DNA from: Podarcis gaigeae
Taxonomy: Eukaryota
Direction: 5' to 3' (one strand)
DNA length: 64,000 nucleotides
Assembly: GCA_964106915.2 (NCBI GenBank)
Contig: OZ066917.1
Within the stretch, counting starts at the first letter, position 1, and each line of letters starts with the position of its first letter. The notes beneath the pieces are model-generated. The model was not told the DNA's origin. It saw only the letters and a program-made list of their open reading frames with translations, and did no database searches. Below, in pieces: positions 13,194 to 26,641 of this stretch. A program made the position numbers and the translations under genes.

Positions 13194-14408
13194 TAGACTG
13201 ATAGCTATAGTCTTGTATATATTAACATTTTTATGCTCTTTCACTCTTGTCTAATGTTCCTAACCCTTCTTTTAGATTCTCTTAGCTTCTTCTGGATTCT
13301 TATAGGCTTTTATATATACTTTCAATTTTAACTACTTTTAGTTTCTCAAAAAACTTTTTTTAAATATTTTAAATGATTGTACCCCTCCCTCCTTATGCTG
13401 GTCTACAACCGTAATAAAGACTTGTTGTTGTTATTTTATTTTATTTATGTGGGAGGTTTATGTGTCATGGGGAAAGGGTGGAGAATGATGTCTGTAAGCA
13501 AGTGAGCTGGGAAACAGTCCTGAAACAGACCACAAGTTGGTAGTGACCAGAGAGCATGAAACTCAGAGGTTTCCAAGCACAAGATGTGATTCTCTCTCCC
13601 TCTCTCTCCCCACCCCACCCCGGCCTATGTACAGTTTTCCACTTTGAATTGTGCTGATGGATAAGAACACTTAATACTGGGAAATGAAAAATTCTCCATT
13701 GCCCCGGCATTAATTTGCAGGCACTCCATTTGACAAAGGCAGTGGAGCTGGGGTGGAGGGGAAGGGAGGAGTATGATACGCCAAGGAATATGGCCTTGAG
13801 TTAGAAAGCACTTTGCAGATTGCTAAGTGTTACCGTAAGAGGGTGAAGAATGATTTTAAAGAGGAAGCGAGCAGCAGAATAAGTGAACTCCATAGAAATG
13901 ATGAACCTATTTACAAATTAATACAATAGCCTGTTTACTAAGGATAGTGAAGGGCTTTTATGTGTGGGAGTGGGTGTAAATATTAGTCATGTGTTACAAA
14001 AGCCAGCTTTTGGTAAAAAATAGCAAATGATTAAGATATACATCTGTGAAACCATAAATACAGTAGTACGTAAACCACAAAACTGTCTATCTGCAGTGTC
14101 TAATATAAAAGAAAACAGTATTTTCATTATAAAAACAAAACAGGGATAAACCACAATTTACAGAGGACTTGAAGCAAGGCACCTCGACCCAGAAGACACT
14201 GTTATTCATTACTATCCACCTCACTTCAGAAGGTGGGCATTTTCTGAATAAAACTCTGGAAGAAGATCTTAAAGGTCCGGCAATATTTTAGGCACCCTGG
14301 ACTCAAGCCATTTAGGTAATTAAAGGTCAAGGCCAGCACAGTGAGCTGTGTTCAGAAACACAATTGTGTTGCACATGCAAGAGCTCTTCTGTACATTCTT
14401 TATTAGTA

Positions 14409-14649
14409 CAGTCAAACATTGGTTCCCGAACACCTCCGTTATCATACGTTTCAGCTCCCAAATGCCAAAAACCTGGAAATAAGTATTCCAGTTTTCTAAC
14501 ATTTTTTGGAAGCCAAACGTCCGACATGGCTTCCACTTGAGTGCAAGAGGCTCTTGCAGGTAATTGGAAGCCGCACCTCGGTTGTCGAACATTTCAAAAG
14601 CCAAACTGGCTTCTGGAATAGATTACATTCGACAACCAAAATTTGGCTG
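14409..14649. mobile_element. Tc1/mariner-type MITE (degenerate)
   Basis: ta-cagtcaaacattggtt ... aaccaaaatttggctg-ta: imperfect TIRs with TA flanks. Confidence 0.65.
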
Positions 14650-15001
14650 TAGTCATGGGCTTGCTGCTGAATTTTGCACCAGCAGTAATTCTGAAACGCT
14701 CTTCAAAAGTAGTTGTACCTACTCCCTGGAACTACAACTCCCATTGTGTCCAGACAGGAGATGTTGTAATCCAACATCTGGGGACTTAAGTTTGGGGAAA
14801 GCTGTTCTAGATAGATAAGAGTTACCCAGGGCCAAGATTTTTTAAGGTCATTGGTGCAAACAATCCCAAATCTCACGTGTGCTTGAATTTACACTGGCAT
14901 TTGCTGTAGTATTTGTATCCACAGGTGCCCATAATTTGGACTCCTTTGCTTGTATTCCTCAGTGAAATATTCCTTGCAATATTTTAATGTACTTTACAGA
15001 G

Positions 15002-15426
15002 CTGGACCATTACAGCTGGACCATAAAGAAGGCTGATCGCCGAAGAATTGATGCTTTTGAATTATGGTGCTGGAGGAGACTCTTGAGAGTCCCATGGACT
15101 GCAAGAAGATCAAACCTATCCATTCTTCAGGAAATCAGCCCGGAGTGCACACTGGAAGGACAGATCCTGAAGCTGAGGCTCCAATACTTTGGCCACCTCA
15201 TGAGAAGAGAAGACTCCGTGGAAAAGACCCTGATGTTGGGAAAGATGGAGGGCACAAGGAGAAGGGGACGACAGAGGACGAGATGGTTGGACAGTGTTCT
15301 CGAAGCTACAAGCATGAGTTTGACCAAACTGCGGGAGGCAGTGGAAGACAGAAGTGCCTGGTGTGCTCTGGTCCACTGGGTCACGAAGAGTTGGACATGA
15401 CTAAACAACTAAACAACAACAAAACA
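15002..15426 (+). mobile_element. BovB (RTE-clade LINE) 3' fragment
   Basis: SWTIKKADRRRIDAFELWCWRRLLRVPWTARRSN...LQYFGHLMRR...GRQRTRWLD; (CAA)-type tail; TSD actttacagag at 14991-15001 and 15427-15437. Confidence 0.92.
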
Positions 15427-16286
15427 ACTTTACAGAGGGACACTTGTGAGTATACATTTTTGCAATAAACCCTGCTGGAGCAGACACTGAGAACAGTACC
15501 TCTTCAGTGAGGAACAATTCCCATGTGATGCCTGTATTCCAAGGTTTCATGTGGAACAATGGAAGCACAAAATTGCCCTCCCTGCATTCTTCTAGAAGAG
15601 CACCTTTTCTGGAATTGAGCTGTTGAAAGGGCACCCCTATGCAGGGAAAAGGGGTCTCCGCACAGTTCCCATAACTTCAAATTACATCAGCTGACCTTAG
15701 TGCAATGCTACCCAGGCACTCAGGATTTTTTTTCAGGAACGAAGAATAAATATTTCCAGCAAGTGCTCTTAACAGTAATTTGTTTGCCAAGTGATGTTAC
15801 CTCCTGACTTGCTTACGAGAAAGCATCTTTGTTGTTTAAATGGGAAAGCTGCTAAAAAGGGCTTGCAATCTCTTTCTCTCTGCCTCATCTCATTCATAAC
15901 CCATCATAGGGCCAGCGCAAGCTGCCTGCTAGTGACAGCTCCTCCTCCTTACCCACCCCTTTGCAGCTGGAAGTAGAACCTGCCTGTGCACCACCTTACT
16001 GGATTATTTGCCGTGAGAAGTTGACCGATATTCCATGTCACTCATGCATCTTTGCCAGATGTTCCTTTGTGAAAACCAGTACCCCTAACAGCCTGTACAC
16101 TGAGCTAAACAGGCCCATAGTTTTGAGCCTTCGAGGTTCCCAACTTGACTGACTGCATAGCATTGTAATGCCTTCCTTCTCTCTGCATTCTCCCTTGGGA
16201 TTAATCAGGGAAGGAGAAGGTGCAGTAATGAGAGGAAAATGTAGCACCAAAGCAAAAGCACATAACAGAAATAATGTCAGCCAACA

Positions 16287-16418
16287 GAAGGGTTGTAGCT
16301 CAGGGCAGAGCCAAAGGTCCCAGGTTCAATGCCTGGTGTCTCCATGTAGGTCTGTGACATTACTGGACTGAATGCACACGAACTGTGACTCAGTATGAGG
16401 CCACTACCTATGTGCCTA
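16287..16418 (+). mobile_element. Squam2-like SINE (internally deleted)
   Basis: gtagctcag (A box)...ggtcccaggttcaatgcctgg (B box)...gactcagtatgagg...cctatgtgccta. Confidence 0.6.
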
Positions 16419-17016
16419 GAACTCAACGGTAGGGGAGGTGAACAACCTCACAATTCAGTGGGAAAGATTTTTCCTCCTTCTCATCAAGCACTATTGCTGA
16501 CATAAAGGTCTGAATGGGCTGTTCAGAAGGATGAGCGGATAAAATGTCATTAAATTCTTTGCCCAGCGAACAAAATATATAAATTGTGGCAATGCTTTGT
16601 TGTTCCTCTCTTTCAGCAGCGGGTATTAGTGTCATACAATTAATACTTAAGTGAAGTACAGAAGTGCTGGAGCACTGAGATCATGAAGTGCCCTGCTTTG
16701 ATGTCTGAATGAGGAAAGTTAACAAATGAAAGCAATTGAGTAAACTTTGCTGGAGGGGCAAACTTGATTTCAAGTAATTATCCAAGCCTGATCTTGGCAT
16801 TTACATTTGCTTCAGACCCAACCTTAATCAGAAGAAAACAACTGTCTAGGGGTAATAAAGCAGACCCAGTGTGCAGAGAAGCAGTAAGAGACATAGAGCT
16901 GGCTCCAGAGGCATCCTTTCATGAGGGGAAGGGCTCCTACTGTTCACGGGGAGGATGGAGTCAATGCCAAATTCATGCAGAAGCTAAGAAAGCTACAGTT
17001 TAAGGCATCAGGTTGT

Positions 17017-17351
17017 GTAAAGGGACCCCTGACCATTAGGTCCAGTCGTGGACGACTCTGGGGTTGCGGCGCTCATCTCGCTTTATTGGCCAAGGGAGCT
17101 GGCATACAGCTTCCGGGTCATGTGGCCAGCATGACTAAGGCGCTTCTGGCAAACCAGAGCAGCGCACGGAAACGCCGTTTACCTTCCCGCCAGAGTGGTA
17201 CCTATTTATCTACTTGCACTTTGACATGCTTTTGAACTGCTAGGTTGGCAGGAGCTGGGACTGGGCAACAGGAGCTCACCCCAGGAGCGGGGATTCGAAC
17301 CGACGACCTTCTGATTGGCAAGCCCTAGGCCCTGTGGTTTAACCCACAGCG
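17017..17351 (-). mobile_element. Sauria SINE
   Basis: High similarity to the 12835-13193 copy; no clear TSD. Confidence 0.88.
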
Positions 17352-17471
17352 AGGGGTCTCTAAAAACTCTTTTCTACAAATTTAGAAACCAGACAACTTT
17401 ATAGCTTATCATTTGTTGACATGAAATTCTTGCAGGTGTGAAGAGTCAAGGTGGCAAGACTCATAGCTGAG

Positions 17472-17607
17472 TGGGAAGGGCCATAGATAAGCGGTTAGAG
17501 CATCTGTTTTGTATGTAAAGATCCTGGGTTCAATCCCTGGTGTCTCCAGACATGACTGGGAGAGATTGTGGTCTGGAACCCTGGAGAGCCCCTGCCAGTC
17601 AATATAG
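17472..17607 (+). mobile_element. Squam2-like SINE (5' part)
   Basis: gggaagggccatag...agagcatctgttttgtatg...gggttcaatccctgg...aaccctggagagccc. Confidence 0.65.
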
Positions 17608-17734
17608 AGAGGACGGAGAAGTGAAACTATTTTGAGAGTAACATCAGGGGGGAAATAGAGCACTTCATAGAACACATATTTTTAATGGAATTTGCCGCTA
17701 CACAGTAAGGTGATAGCCTTGAGCCACTAGCTTA

Positions 17735-18195
17735 TAATAAATAATAACAATAAATTCTATTTATACCCCACGTCCCTGGCCAGAGCCGGGCTCAGGGTGG
17801 CTAACAACAGTAAAATTACAGTAAAAACATAATGGGGGGGGGGGACAAAACACCAATTTAAAATACAGGTTAAAATGTAATTTATAATGCAGCCTCATCA
17901 AAACCATAAGGGGAGGGAAACATAAGGGTCAGACTGAGTCCAAACCAAAGGCCAGGCAGAACAGCTCTGTCTTGCACGCCCTGCGGAAAGATGTCAAGTC
18001 CCGCAGCGCCCTAGTCTCTTGTGACAGAGCATTCCACCAAGTCGGGGCCAGTACTGAAAAGACCCTGGCCCTAGTTGCGACCAATCTAACCACCTTGCAA
18101 CCTGGGAACGCCAAAATGTTGTCATTTGTGGACCTTAAGGTCCTCAGCGGGGCATACCAGGAGAGGTGGTCCTGTAGGTACATGGGTCCTAGGCT
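17735..18195 (-). mobile_element. L2-clade LINE 3' fragment
   Basis: YLQDHLSWYAPLRTLRS...RARVFSVLAPTWWNAL...FRRACKTELF, then a 3'UTR and (TTA)-like tail. Confidence 0.8.
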
Positions 18196-18450
18196 TAGAT
18201 GCCTTTAAAGGGGCGATTCAACAAATTTGTTGAGCATAAGACTACTGATGTCTGGTAGCCATGAAGGCTATGCTTTGCCAACACAGCTGGAGACAGTGTG
18301 CTTCTCAGTACCAGTTGCTGGAAACTGCAGGAGGAGACAGTGCTCTTGTGCTCAGGTCCCGCTTGCAGCTTCTTGTGGGCATCTGGTTGGCTACTGTGAG
18401 AACAGGATATGGGATTCGATGGGCCCCTGGCCTGATCCTGCAGGCCTCTG
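18196..18450 (+). mobile_element. CR1-like LINE 3' end fragment
   Basis: gggcatctggttggctactgtgagaacagg...gggcccctggcctgatcc; a related copy lies at 28865-29010. Confidence 0.6.
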
Positions 18451-19307
18451 ATGATGATGGCTCTATGCTACATCTAGGCTGAATGGCAGCATGCCACTAA
18501 ATAGTAATAGTTTCTGGGCAGTGCTACCACTTTAAATGACTTGCTTCTGGGATCATCCCCAAGACATCTGCCTGAGCACTGCAGGAAGCAGGAATCTGGA
18601 CTCCATGTACCTCCTTTGTTATTGTATTTTTATGCTCGTGTTCAGCAGCTTCTGTTCCACCCCCAAATTGGGGGGAGGGGGGACCAATTGTTAAGTGTAT
18701 GCAATACAAGTGGATGGGCATCGTTACTCTTTGGAAATGCCCCCCTCTTGACCCAGAGGGACCTTCTCAAGGATCACCCAAGTGTGCAGTGCCCATGATC
18801 AGACTTCCGAGACTCTGGATTCAGTGTCATTTCAGGAGCAACAGCATCACTTCCTGAACCCGCTTCCTTTGGCCCCAGTATTACTCAGGGCCTGCTCCCC
18901 ATGACGTTGACCTTGTAGCAATTCAAGGTCAGAGCTTGAAAGACTGTGATTGTGGAAAGACACCGCGCTCCCCTCTTCACAGGCAAGGGAACGGCTGAAA
19001 ACCTACCATTCAGTGGAAAGAAAGGGTTTATTGCTGTCAACCATTTTCCTTCCTTTAGAGCTTTCAACAGTGATAAGCGCTGTGAAAGATTTAGCTTAAA
19101 TTAGGTTTACAAATAGCCCAGTGAATAGGGAAATGAGCTGCATATGCTGCATGTTAAAGTATCACCGCCACACAGCCTGATGCGACTGGGATTTGGAATA
19201 TAGCCGGGTCCCAAAGATTAGGTGCAAAATGCTGTCAGTCAGTCAGGAGCAGGTTGGAAGTTACATCTGGCTGCTTCTTGGAGCCTGGCTAAGCACTGCA
19301 TGGCGAG

Positions 19308-19323
19308 GGCGACCCCTAGTGGC
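19308..19323 (-). promoter_or_regulatory. Candidate CTCF site
   Basis: Minus strand GCCACTAGGGGTCGCC, one mismatch to the core consensus. Confidence 0.4.
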
Positions 19324-22300
19324 AATCTCAAGCAGCTGGCCCTGTTCGTTCTGAGAGCTCCGGAAAAATTATGAGCTCAGACCAGAAGTCTTTTATCAAC
19401 CATGGATGTAGCGTAAGTATGACTCTGCTAGCATTGTTGGAGCAAGTTGCCAAGGACTCGGAGGACTATGAGAAAGGGTGTGCTCACTGACCACAGACTG
19501 GAGTTTAACATGTGTTAAACTCCTGGAGGAATAGTCTGTTAAAATGACAGCCCAAAGTTCTGTGTTGACTACATATATTTATTCTTCTGCCAAAGGAGAC
19601 CTCAGACACAAACCTTCTATCAACAAGGTAACTTATCTCAGTCTCTGAAACAGACACACAGAGGAAGGTGCATGGAGTTGTGCATCTATGTATACTACAT
19701 TGGCTAACATTCAACTAAGATGTCATACTTGGAGTAGAATGACAGAAATGAATGGGGCTGTCCACGGATTTTTGGGGACCTACTCTTGAATAACATTGAA
19801 TCTAACCCATTATATAATATTATCAAGAACTAGAAGTCGATCAGAATAGCCATCCCATTTGCAGATGGTGAATGGAGGGGAGGCTGATTCAGTTACATGA
19901 AGGGCACTGCTTGTCTTCCAAAATTATTTTTGACAGAAGAGAATTGTTATAATGGCTGTGGACGGTATCTCAACATCCTGCCCCTTTTTAATATGGACGG
20001 TGCTTACAATGATGGTAGGGAGAGCTCTTACTTTTCCTCCCTTTTCCTGTAACTTTGAAAACCTGCCAGTTCCGCTCATGGCTTTGACAACCAGAGTGCC
20101 TCTGCGAAGGGTGAGAGTGTGTCCCTTCAAAAAGTACAAAAAAAGGAGAGAAGGTAATTAGGCAATGCACCCAACCACCACCAAAAGTTCCCTTCTTCTC
20201 AAAATGTTTTTAAAAGGGAACCACTAATACTCTAAGCACCTTCCTGTCCCATCCCTAAGGTGCCACGGACTATGTCATGCTGCCCATTCCTTTCTCCCTG
20301 TTTTGGGATTTGACTGAATTGTCCCTACAAATCAGATGAATTTCAAATTTGGGGATGAGCCCTGAGCTTGCCCCCCAAAGGAGCCAAAGATTTGCTTGTG
20401 TTTGGGATGAACACATACAAAATCTTCAAGGGTGCTTGAGAAACACCTGCTTCGCTGACATCTTAAGCTTTATCTTCAGCATGAACAGCGTGTGATGATG
20501 AGCATCACTTTCCTGCCAATGATGCCAGAACTCTGTTTCTGAGGCTTCTTTGGGTAGGGCTGTGTTTGTCCCAGATCACATCCCCAAGCATTCAGTCAAC
20601 GGTGCTCATGGCTGGCTGAATGTTCTTGACACCCCTTCTCCTCCTTCCGATGGAGAAGCCACCCAAGGCCATTCCATCTTTACAAATGCCCTCTTCCTAG
20701 AGTTGCAACCTTTGACTGATTAATCAGTTGGTTGATTAGAAACTTTTCATTGATCAAAAAGATGTCCTGCTTAATCAGAGCATGGATATTGTTTTTAATA
20801 GGAGTGCAAAAGCTACAGACGGCAACTAGGAACTTAAGAAATTCTCCAGTATCTCCCAATGTGTTCTTCTTCCCATTGTTGACATATATGCAAATTCATG
20901 GAAATGTGATTGCCCAATTGACTAAATGTCATGCAATTAAAACAGCTGCTTTAAAGAAAACAACAAATTGAGTGACCAGCCCTAATTTTCTCAAAACATT
21001 AAAAATGCCCTAATTTTCTCAAAACATTAAATGTGTATAAAATGAGAAGAGGCAAGGTTCTCGACTGCCTCTCCAAAGAAATTCAAGTTATGAAGAATCA
21101 TTAGAATAAATGTTAAGAGAATCTCAGAATATAGTCTAGAATGATAAAAACTGGCTAAGTAAAATAGAATGCTGCCATATTCATTACTGAAAGTTATGAA
21201 GAGGCTGTTCCTAATCATTCTTGGACTATTCAGATTTTGAGGACAGAAGGATCAGTTCACTAATCCATACTCCTCCAACTTTTTAGAATATACTCCAGAG
21301 TGCATATTATAATCCATATTAGGGAGTATAAAAACAAACTCAAAAGGAAGGAATTTATTCCATGTTAATTTATTCAGTCAGTCATCCAAAATTAAAGATC
21401 ATCCGAATTTATTATATCCACCAGATGCCTGAACTGTTTTCACTAAGTACAGTCACTGGCCCATCAAGACAAGTTGTGTTTTTTGGGTTGTTATTTTAAA
21501 AAATAAGGGTTATGTTGAGCAATAGTTTCATTCACATAGGATGGGAATGCATTTCCTCAGAATAAGCAATGCAGAATAAGCAATGCAATAGGAGCAAAGA
21601 GATACAATCCTGGCTTTCAGTATGTTCAGTAGTTTTCAGTCAACTCTGTTTGGTTTTCTTTGTCATCCAGAGTTTCTTGGGATTATCTTTATTACTTCAA
21701 CTTCCTAGCCACTTATTTTTTAAGAGATAATGGGACATGGTCACAGAGTTTAGGTCTAGAAGAGTGCTCAGCAGTAGTGTAGCCAGAATTCTACATGCAG
21801 AATATGCCATCTTTCCCCTTCCCGGACTCCACTGGCAACACATGTAAGTGCTTCTTCAATATATTTCAGCAGATGTATTCAGCATGCTTTGATAGGGCTT
21901 CAAGGAACTTTCCATGGTGCTGAAATCATAGCACTGAGATGACACTAAACTGGCAAAAGAGAGTTGATGCCTTGAAGATGGTGCTGGCAATTATAGACTC
22001 CCCCGCCCCCCGCAAAAAAAAAAAAAATGCTTCTTGGATATCTCGTAAAAAGCAAATCTCATTACTGAGACCAACAACATTACAGTTGTGTTTTGGAACT
22101 GTTGATTCTAGATTCTGTGCAAAATATGTACTGATTTAGCAAGTGATGTTGGTTTGTTTAGTTCAGCTTTTAAAAAGCTAGGTGATGACCAGCCAAATCT
22201 ATCTAGTTTGGGTTTAATTTTCACTATATCATCATCATTCCATTATTTATGTGTTTTCAAATGCTATCTGAACATTGTCTCTGCTTTCTGTTCAGTTCCT

Positions 22301-22352
22301 TGACAGTGAACATTGCTGTGCAAAACCCCCCCAAAGGGTGATTAAAAAAAAT

Positions 22353-22522
22353 ATTATTACCGTAGTCCCTGAGTTGGGGAGCCCCTGAGCTCTAAATTAT
22401 TACTGTAGTCCCTGAGTTGGGGAGCCCCTGAGCTCTAAATTATTACCGTAGTCCTTGAGTTGGGGAGCCCCTGAGCTCTAAATTATTACTGTAGTCCCTG
22501 AGTTGGGGAGCCCCTGAGCTCT
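22353..22522. repeat. Minisatellite, 43-bp unit x ~4
   Basis: attattac(c/t)gtagtccctgagttggggagcccctgagctctaa starting at 22353, 22396, 22439 and 22482. Confidence 0.95.
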
Positions 22523-24961
22523 GAAAGTAATTTTGCTGCAGTTTTTCTGAGCTTAAATGATCAAGCCTTTGAGATCCTGCTGAGCTAAAAATGTAGGCAG
22601 GGTTTTCCTTTTTTTAGCAGGGGTGGGCACCATGTTTCCCCTTGCTTGGTACTGTTGGACTCCACCTCCCATCAGCCTAATCCAGCATAGCCAATGGTCG
22701 GGGAAGATGGGAGCTGCAGTCCAGCAAACACCTGAAGGACCACAGGTTCTCTACCCTTGATTGATATGCCAATTTTAGCCACCCTTCCTCTCCTATTAAT
22801 AGGAGTGGGGGCTTCTGCCAGTCACATGGACTGGGGGGGCGCTGTTGGACTTACATAGATTTTATAGAGTGCTGTCTAAACATCACTGATAATTCCTGAA
22901 GTTCCATTATACAAATGGGTGATAATATAATGAATATTCTAGGCAATACACAACAAGTTCAGTGGCGAAGCTACGGAGCCATGGTGGCAATTTCAGCCTT
23001 CTGAAACTGGACCCACTGTAATTATTGAACCAAACACATCTTCCTATTACTACAGGATGAAAGCCCAGTCACCAGATTTTGTGCCACCATGATAGATATT
23101 CGTTAGAGGATGGTATACGCTACAATTGTCTTAAATTGAAGGCCCATATTGTTAGATCCGTACTTCTGAAGCCCCACCCCATACAGCTGTTTAACTGGTC
23201 TCTTTTAAATTTTCTTATCAGTTTTTACTCATCCATTGTTTATGCTTAATAAAGTGTTCTATGTATATGTTTTAACCTACGTTTGGTTCTTGCTCCCATT
23301 TATTTAATAATTATCCACTTAGATTCATACTGTAATGCTATTTATTTAGATGCTCTGTTTATCCTGGTCTGTGACCGTAATAAAGTAAATTCATTCATTC
23401 ATGAACCGTGCACACTGTGATTAATGAACCGAAGGCAGCCGTGGCCATTAGCTTAAATGGGTCTGTTGTGAGTAGGACTATGATTCTATGACTAGCACTG
23501 AGTACCACCCTAGGTCGGTTTTCACAACACTTGTCTCAGGTTGAGCAAGTGCAAGGGGTATTTGCAACTTTGCTCACTAGAAAATGTAACATATGTTTTC
23601 TACATTCTTGTTAACTGTCAGTCACCATGTGGTTGCAGATGTGCCGCTCCTTGTCAAGTAACGTTTTTACTTAATGAACCTTTTATGATATATATTTATA
23701 AACTCACATCCATATCAGATCCTGAGCATCATCACAGGGAAAGCTTCATTCAAGTCATTAGTGCAGAACAGGTCTGTCTGTAAACATTGTACTCTCATTG
23801 ATGATTGTTCCTCTATCATGGTTGTGGGTGTGACACTGGCAATGCATACTGACTGATGTTAAACACCACTGTCTACACACTCTGCTTCAAAGCATTGTGC
23901 AGGTTATCCAAGATATAACTAGTTTATTGCTTCTCCAATTTAACCTAACAAAGGCGGCAGTGCAGACATATCTGCCAAAAACTAGTTGATAACAGTGCGG
24001 AGTTCTCCCAGCAGATGTCAGCCCAGAGCTGTGGAATAAACTGAATTTGTGACCCAAATCCGGAAGACAGCATAATCCTCAACAGCACCATGTGCTTCCA
24101 ACACACACAAACCTTCCTATTAATCAAAGGAAGCCCACCTGCCTCAGACAAACATGCACAGTCATGCTGAATATGGGCAGTTTGCAGAGAAAGGGTGCAT
24201 TCATTCATCAGGACTACAGCATTGCAACAGGTAACCAAGAAAAACAAATGATGTCCGTTTGCAGGTTGGAGATTATTAGCTCTAAACAGAAGCCTCTTAA
24301 GCAAATGTTAGATGTAGGTTCATCTGTTTCTTTACATCTGCACACAAAAGCACCTGGTCATGCACTTGCAAATACACCCATGCAAACCTATTCTGTGCTT
24401 GGAAGGAGAGTTTGGTGTATGGAGGTTAAAGTCTGCTTTTAGTCTGGTTTTTAGACCAGTAAGTGTTCTTAGTCCTGAAAGGTACACATGTATCTAAATA
24501 AATTAATGCCAGGTGTATTTGAATACCCACCAATAGTTCTCAAGAAGTGGAATCAAAGGACCATATAATGCAAATCCCTCCTCCACCCCCTGTATGTGGT
24601 AAGTTACACATGCTAATTAAGGTCTTACATGCTAATTTAATGTATACAGGGTGCAGGACTGTCAGAGATGGCATCCTTCCTAGTTCTGTGTACAACCACC
24701 AACTATTCTGGCTGGTTCCAGACTGTCACTAATTTGACACTGGGATTCAATTACATACCAGGAAATTAAAGTGGGTTTGGCCCACTTGTGCAGCAAACCG
24801 CTTCCAAAAACCACTGGATATTTTGTGGTAACTGAAGTGACAGGAAAGTGTGGGAGAACAATTGCTAGGAACAATGTCCCAGCAAACAAATCAGGACCAA
24901 TGCTTCATAGGGGATGTCCCAACAAACTGCATGCAAACAAATCAGATTGTCTGGAAGCAAA

Positions 24962-25316
24962 GGTAAAGGTAAAGTTACCCCTGACTGCTAGGTCCAGTCG
25001 TGGACGACTCTGGGGTTGCGGCGCTCATCTTGCTCTATAGGTTGAGGGAGCTGGTGTTTGTCCACAGACAGCTTCCGGGTCATGTGGCCAGCATGACTAA
25101 GCTGCTTCTGGTGAAACCAGGGCAGTGCACAGAAATGCCGTTTACCTTCCTGCTGGAGTGGTACCTATTTATCTACTTGCACTTTGACATGCTTTCGAAC
25201 TGCTAGGTGGGCAGAAGCTGGGACCAAACAATGGGAGCTCACCCCGTCACAGGGATTCGAACCACTGACCTTCTGATCGGCCAGCCCTAGGCTCAGTGGT
25301 TTAGACTATAGCGCCA
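24962..25316 (-). mobile_element. Sauria SINE
   Basis: Same family; TSD tctggaagcaaa at 24950-24961 and 25317-25328. Confidence 0.9.
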
Positions 25317-26410
25317 TCTGGAAGCAAACTTGATTTCAAACCCTGGTAATGGGATAGTGTCCTTCAGAGCATCTGAGGAAGCTAGTTCAAGTGCAGGTTA
25401 TGTGGCACACAAAGATCTGTCAAGTTTCTTTCCTGCAGCTTTGTTCTTTGAGGCAGCTAATTCACTCTGCCTCACTTCAGCACAAATAAGAAATAGAATT
25501 TGTGTTGAATAGTTTTATTCCAATACATTCGAATCCTGCTTATAAAATTCTGATATGCATACAGAAAGCTGTTGTTTTCAATGATTCTGTCACCCACACA
25601 ATGTTGCGACACACACACGATATCTATAGTCGATAAGTTTGAATTCTTATGATATATTTTCTGTAAACTCGCCAAATTCTGTCCTAGTACTATTTTTGCA
25701 AAGGCAAAATAGACATGCAGCATATTGTGCAATATCTGGTGGCTGTGCAGCTTCAACGCTACCAGTTCCGTGGCGCAGAACAAAAAGCAAAGTCCCAGTG
25801 AACTGGGATTGCTATGTGTTAATTCTGCTTCAAGACTACGTTGCATGAGTAAAGAAAGATGCAGAGCCAGTATTATATTGAACAATTGAGAAAGCAATGA
25901 ATGGACTATGAAAACAGACACGTAAGTTGACAACGTTCCATATAAGCAATGGCTTTCCTGTGACAATGTTTTGTTTAGGAATGGGAAACTAAAATAGAAA
26001 ATGGAATGAATCCCATCAGATTTGCAACAAAGGTGCCCAAATAGCAATTAGCTTCATATGACTCAAGCAAATAAGTTAAGCAGCAGATTGGAGAAGAACA
26101 AAACAGAGTCACTGGCAAATGTGACCTGGGGTGCTGGTAGACTTGGCTGGCTTCGGGGGCGGGGATGTTAAGCCATTCTCATGCTACCCAGTAGGAAAGC
26201 CAAGAAGAGGACATGACTTGGAAACCTAAACAGGTGTAAACTATATTCAAACCAATCCAAGCCTGTCTGCTTCCCAATGCTGAAAACTGCATCATGTGAT
26301 CTTGAAATCTTTTTTCTTCCCCAGTCACATGATTTATAACATTTCTTTATATAGCTATTGGGGTAAGGAAGTGTCTCATTCTAAATGTTATACCCCTTGT
26401 CCAACTATTA

Positions 26411-26641
26411 TAGTGGTACCTTGGGTTAAGTACTTAATTTGTTCCGGAGGTTCGTTCTTAACCTGAAACTGTTCTTAACCTGAAGCACCACTTTAGCTAA
26501 GGGGGCCTCCTGCTGCCGGAGCACGATTTCTGTTCTCATCTTGAAGCAAAGTTCTTAACCTGAAGCACTATTTCTGGGTTAGCAGAGTCTGTAACCTGAA
26601 GTTTATGTAACCTGAAGTGTATGTAACCTGAGGTACCACTG
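26411..26641 (+). mobile_element. Tigger-like MITE (~230 bp)
   Basis: TA TSD; termini (c)agtggtacct...aggtaccactg; repeated taacctgaa motifs. Confidence 0.85.

Noticed and set aside
22353-22522. Repeat array superficially CRISPR-like
   Set aside because: The units are contiguous with no unique spacers, there are no cas genes, and the context is eukaryotic.
13240-23400. Two similar ends ...ctggtct(a/g)(c/t)(a/g)accgtaataaag + microsatellite (~13400 and ~23370), probably 3' ends of one old LINE family
   Set aside because: Too degenerate to classify or delimit by eye.
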